Source: Botryllus schlosseri (Eukaryota). Taken from it: a stretch of 64,000 bases of DNA. The notes beneath the pieces were generated by a model. The model was not told the origin of the DNA and ran no database searches. It saw nothing but the letters and a program-made list of their open reading frames with translations. How positions within the stretch are numbered: the stretch's first letter is position 1; the number at the start of each line of letters is the position of its first letter. Shown here in pieces: positions 61,095 to 64,000 of this stretch. The DNA is taken from NCBI GenBank assembly GCA_051294905.1, contig CM119371.1, positions 20,896,001 through 20,960,000 of the forward strand, read 5' to 3'. The position numbers were made by a program, and so were the translations under genes.

Positions 61095-64000
61095 ATAAAA
61101 GGCAGGCGACAAAATGAGGTGGCATGTGTCGGAAGGCGAGATCGATATGTTTGGTAGTGGTCCGGTAATCCTGACATATGACTAGTATTCATTTAGAAGA
61201 AATTGCTTGTATTTCGACTAGAATGCGGACGTGCTCAACGACAGTCGGATAGCTGGCGACATGCTGTTCCACAATTGTCTTACTATAATGATTTTATTTG
61301 ATGATGGCGCAATACCCGACGTTGCGATCCACGCAATTTGAAGATTTCGTTTGCTAGTAATCTCAGAAAGTCATAAAAGGAATTACCTAATTCTTATCTC
61401 ATGTATGATTTTTGATCGACAACTCAAGCAAGTTTATTACTTTGAGTTTGGTACATGGAGAAACTGATTTTTGCGTGTGCTACGTATACATTCGTCTTCA
61501 TTTTCGTGCATACACATTCATAACTTCGGTCACAACTTATTCATACTGAATTGTTCAATGCCATCTAAAAAAGTGAAACGTTGAAGATGAATGCTCTAAT
61601 TTTATTAAAGAGACTAATAAGTATTTTCGTCTAGGCGTCGGAGGTAATGTGATATGTATCACTGATGAAAATAACGAATCGGTTGCAAAAATTTGAAACG
61701 TCACTATAAGCCCAATAACGTAATCTTACCCACAATTTATCAAATAACGAGCTGCTGAATAAAACAACTGAATAAATTATTTGTTTGAGACAACTTCGAA
61801 TTATGTTGAGGTAGTAACGCGATACAGATGGTCACAAGCTTCCTTCGCAAGTTGAGGCAAAATGCATCAGCCGGTTTAAAACAGGATTGATGTCTGTGAA
61901 TCTAAATTTTGTTCCCGCGTCTTCGAAGACACACTGCAAAAAAAATATTTGTACGAGTTGTCAGGACGTATGAGCAATCTCCAAAAGGAGTTGGTAATAT
62001 TAAAATAACTTATAAATTCTCGCATCGTTATTATATAGAAACGTTTTGGTGAAAGGAAAATGTATGATATACGATAAACAGGACGCACCCGTCCAAACTT
62101 CGGCGAATCATGGACCGGAGCCGGATTGGATATCCGGCCGGACTTTTTCAGTTTTGGCCGGAGTCGGATCGGAGCCGGATCAGTACTTTTTTGATACGAA
62201 CAGAATCTTTATCGATAAGCATGCCTTTTGTAATTAAATAACTACCAACCGCACGCCAGTAACCGCAAAGCCAGTGCGAAAATAAACGGGCAATATTTAT
62301 AAATTGACGGAGCCACTGTACCGTACCACATTTATTTCCTTGTCCAGTCATCACAACAGTCATTCCTTGACGAGGCATTTTCCCCTCCAATATTCCAGCA
62401 AAGTGTTCTATATGGTGTGGGCACAAGCAAATCTCACGGCTCACTGCGATTAGTCTACGTCACACGTCCATTTGGCTAAGGCAATTTAATGGTAATTTTT
62501 GACCGGCTTGCCGAGCATCAAATTAATATAACAGCAAGCAAAAGCTATCTAAGAGGTATCAATCGAATGATGCCGCTGTACTGATTACGGAAATATACAT
62601 TTTATTCCGCTCATAGCCTTGGAACCCCTACAATTAGCCTCGAATTTTTCATTGTTTTGAAGATTGACATTGTGACGCAAGAATGCTGCCTGGCTAAACG
62701 AAACCGCATGCCAGCAGCAAATGAGTGGCTGCGAGGCGAGAGTGAGAGTGCTCAGCTGCCATCACTGATTTCTTGATATATACCTTGCTTGTAAAAGATT
62801 CTAATTGTGAAGGCAGAGCATACCCATAGGCTTATAATCCCGGCAAATATAATTTACAAGCTTTATACAGCTGATATGAATATTGTACGATCTTTCACAT
62901 CCGGTCCACCTGTTCTGAAGCATAGACACGCCTATCTATTATGGTAGGTAGTCGTTGGTCCCTTATAATGCGGATATGGTACACCCCAGTACAACCCATA
63001 CGAGTGGTACACCCTTCGAAAATTATGGTACACCCGATCGTGTTCGAACACCCGACTGGATAGCCCTGAACTTTATAATGATATAGATATAGTTAGCATG
63101 ACCTGCACAACCCAGATCCATCCATGTCTATTATAAATCTCATGTATTTAACATATATGCCACGAATTGGGATAAGCGTTCATTGGGATGCAAATCAGTG
63201 AGCTCCGATTGTACGCTTAGGTATTAGGAATGTCGCATTGGGGCACTATGCCCTCAAATTCCTCAATAACTTCATGATTTCAAGCCTCTGTGAAAGAAAC
63301 CATCAAACACATACTTTTAGGCAGACAAAGTAAGGGTGGTTTTGGCGGTTCTGAAGGGCACCTATTCCGAATATGACCACAGTATTTTTGTTGAAATTGG
63401 CTCTTGTTTTGGTGAAAACCCATTGGTTCTTCGAATTGGCTTTTGTTTTGGAGATAACCCACGGGGCTATTTTGACCGGAAATCTCCCATTTTCGCTTTA
63501 TTGGCTAGATGGAACATCGGCTCAGTAGTAGTATTGCCTTCAGAAATTCAATCCAGTCCAGGGGTTCTCAATTGGTGGGCCATGGCCCTCTAGTGGGCCA
63601 CAGGAGCTTTTGAGGTGGGCCACAAAGCCATTCAGAAAATTTTAGAAATAATGCAAGTTTGGTGTTATTATTTTTATGATAATCGCTAAAAAGATATTTA
63701 TAATATTTAATTATACGTAGGCTACGTAAAGCTTTTTATCCAACTGTGATGATACGTAGTGGCACGCACGGAGTCAGCATGTACAAGTCGAAAAAGGGAG
63801 GAAGAAACGGCGGCTTTTCCCACTGGCCATGATAACCTATGCGGCTAACAGCAACTAATATTATTTCGAGTATATAATAACTGGAAGATAATGATTAAGT
63901 AACCAAGTATTCCGGCAGGGTCATATGTCGCATGCCACTGAAAAGGGTGTGCAATAAACTCGGAATGAAGTCTAATTGATGTATAGATTTACTGTACTTG

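Overview
AT-rich, intron-containing eukaryotic DNA (invertebrate metazoan-like; inferred from the intron structure and the mobile-element mix), mostly made of nested mobile elements. One host gene is visible: a divergent atlastin/GBP-superfamily GTPase whose six recoverable coding exons (37487-59100, + strand) splice into a stop-free 331-codon frame with G1-G4 motifs. The ORF track does not assemble a heavily decayed Polinton/Maverick-like (endogenous DNA virus-like) element at about 1620-10436, recognised by eye from remnants of a retroviral-type integrase, major capsid, packaging ATPase, a possible penton and an ACTACT terminus. Other contents: two 5'-truncated Penelope-like retroelements (GIY-YIG), each with a minimal hammerhead ribozyme motif; a young L2/CR1-clade LINE split by a 2.4-kb palindromic hATm-like transposon built from two inverted right ends; many hAT-type MITEs with 8-bp TSDs; SINE copies; and several tandem arrays. 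All family assignments come from manual motif recognition, not database searches. No rRNA, true tRNA or CRISPR array was seen.
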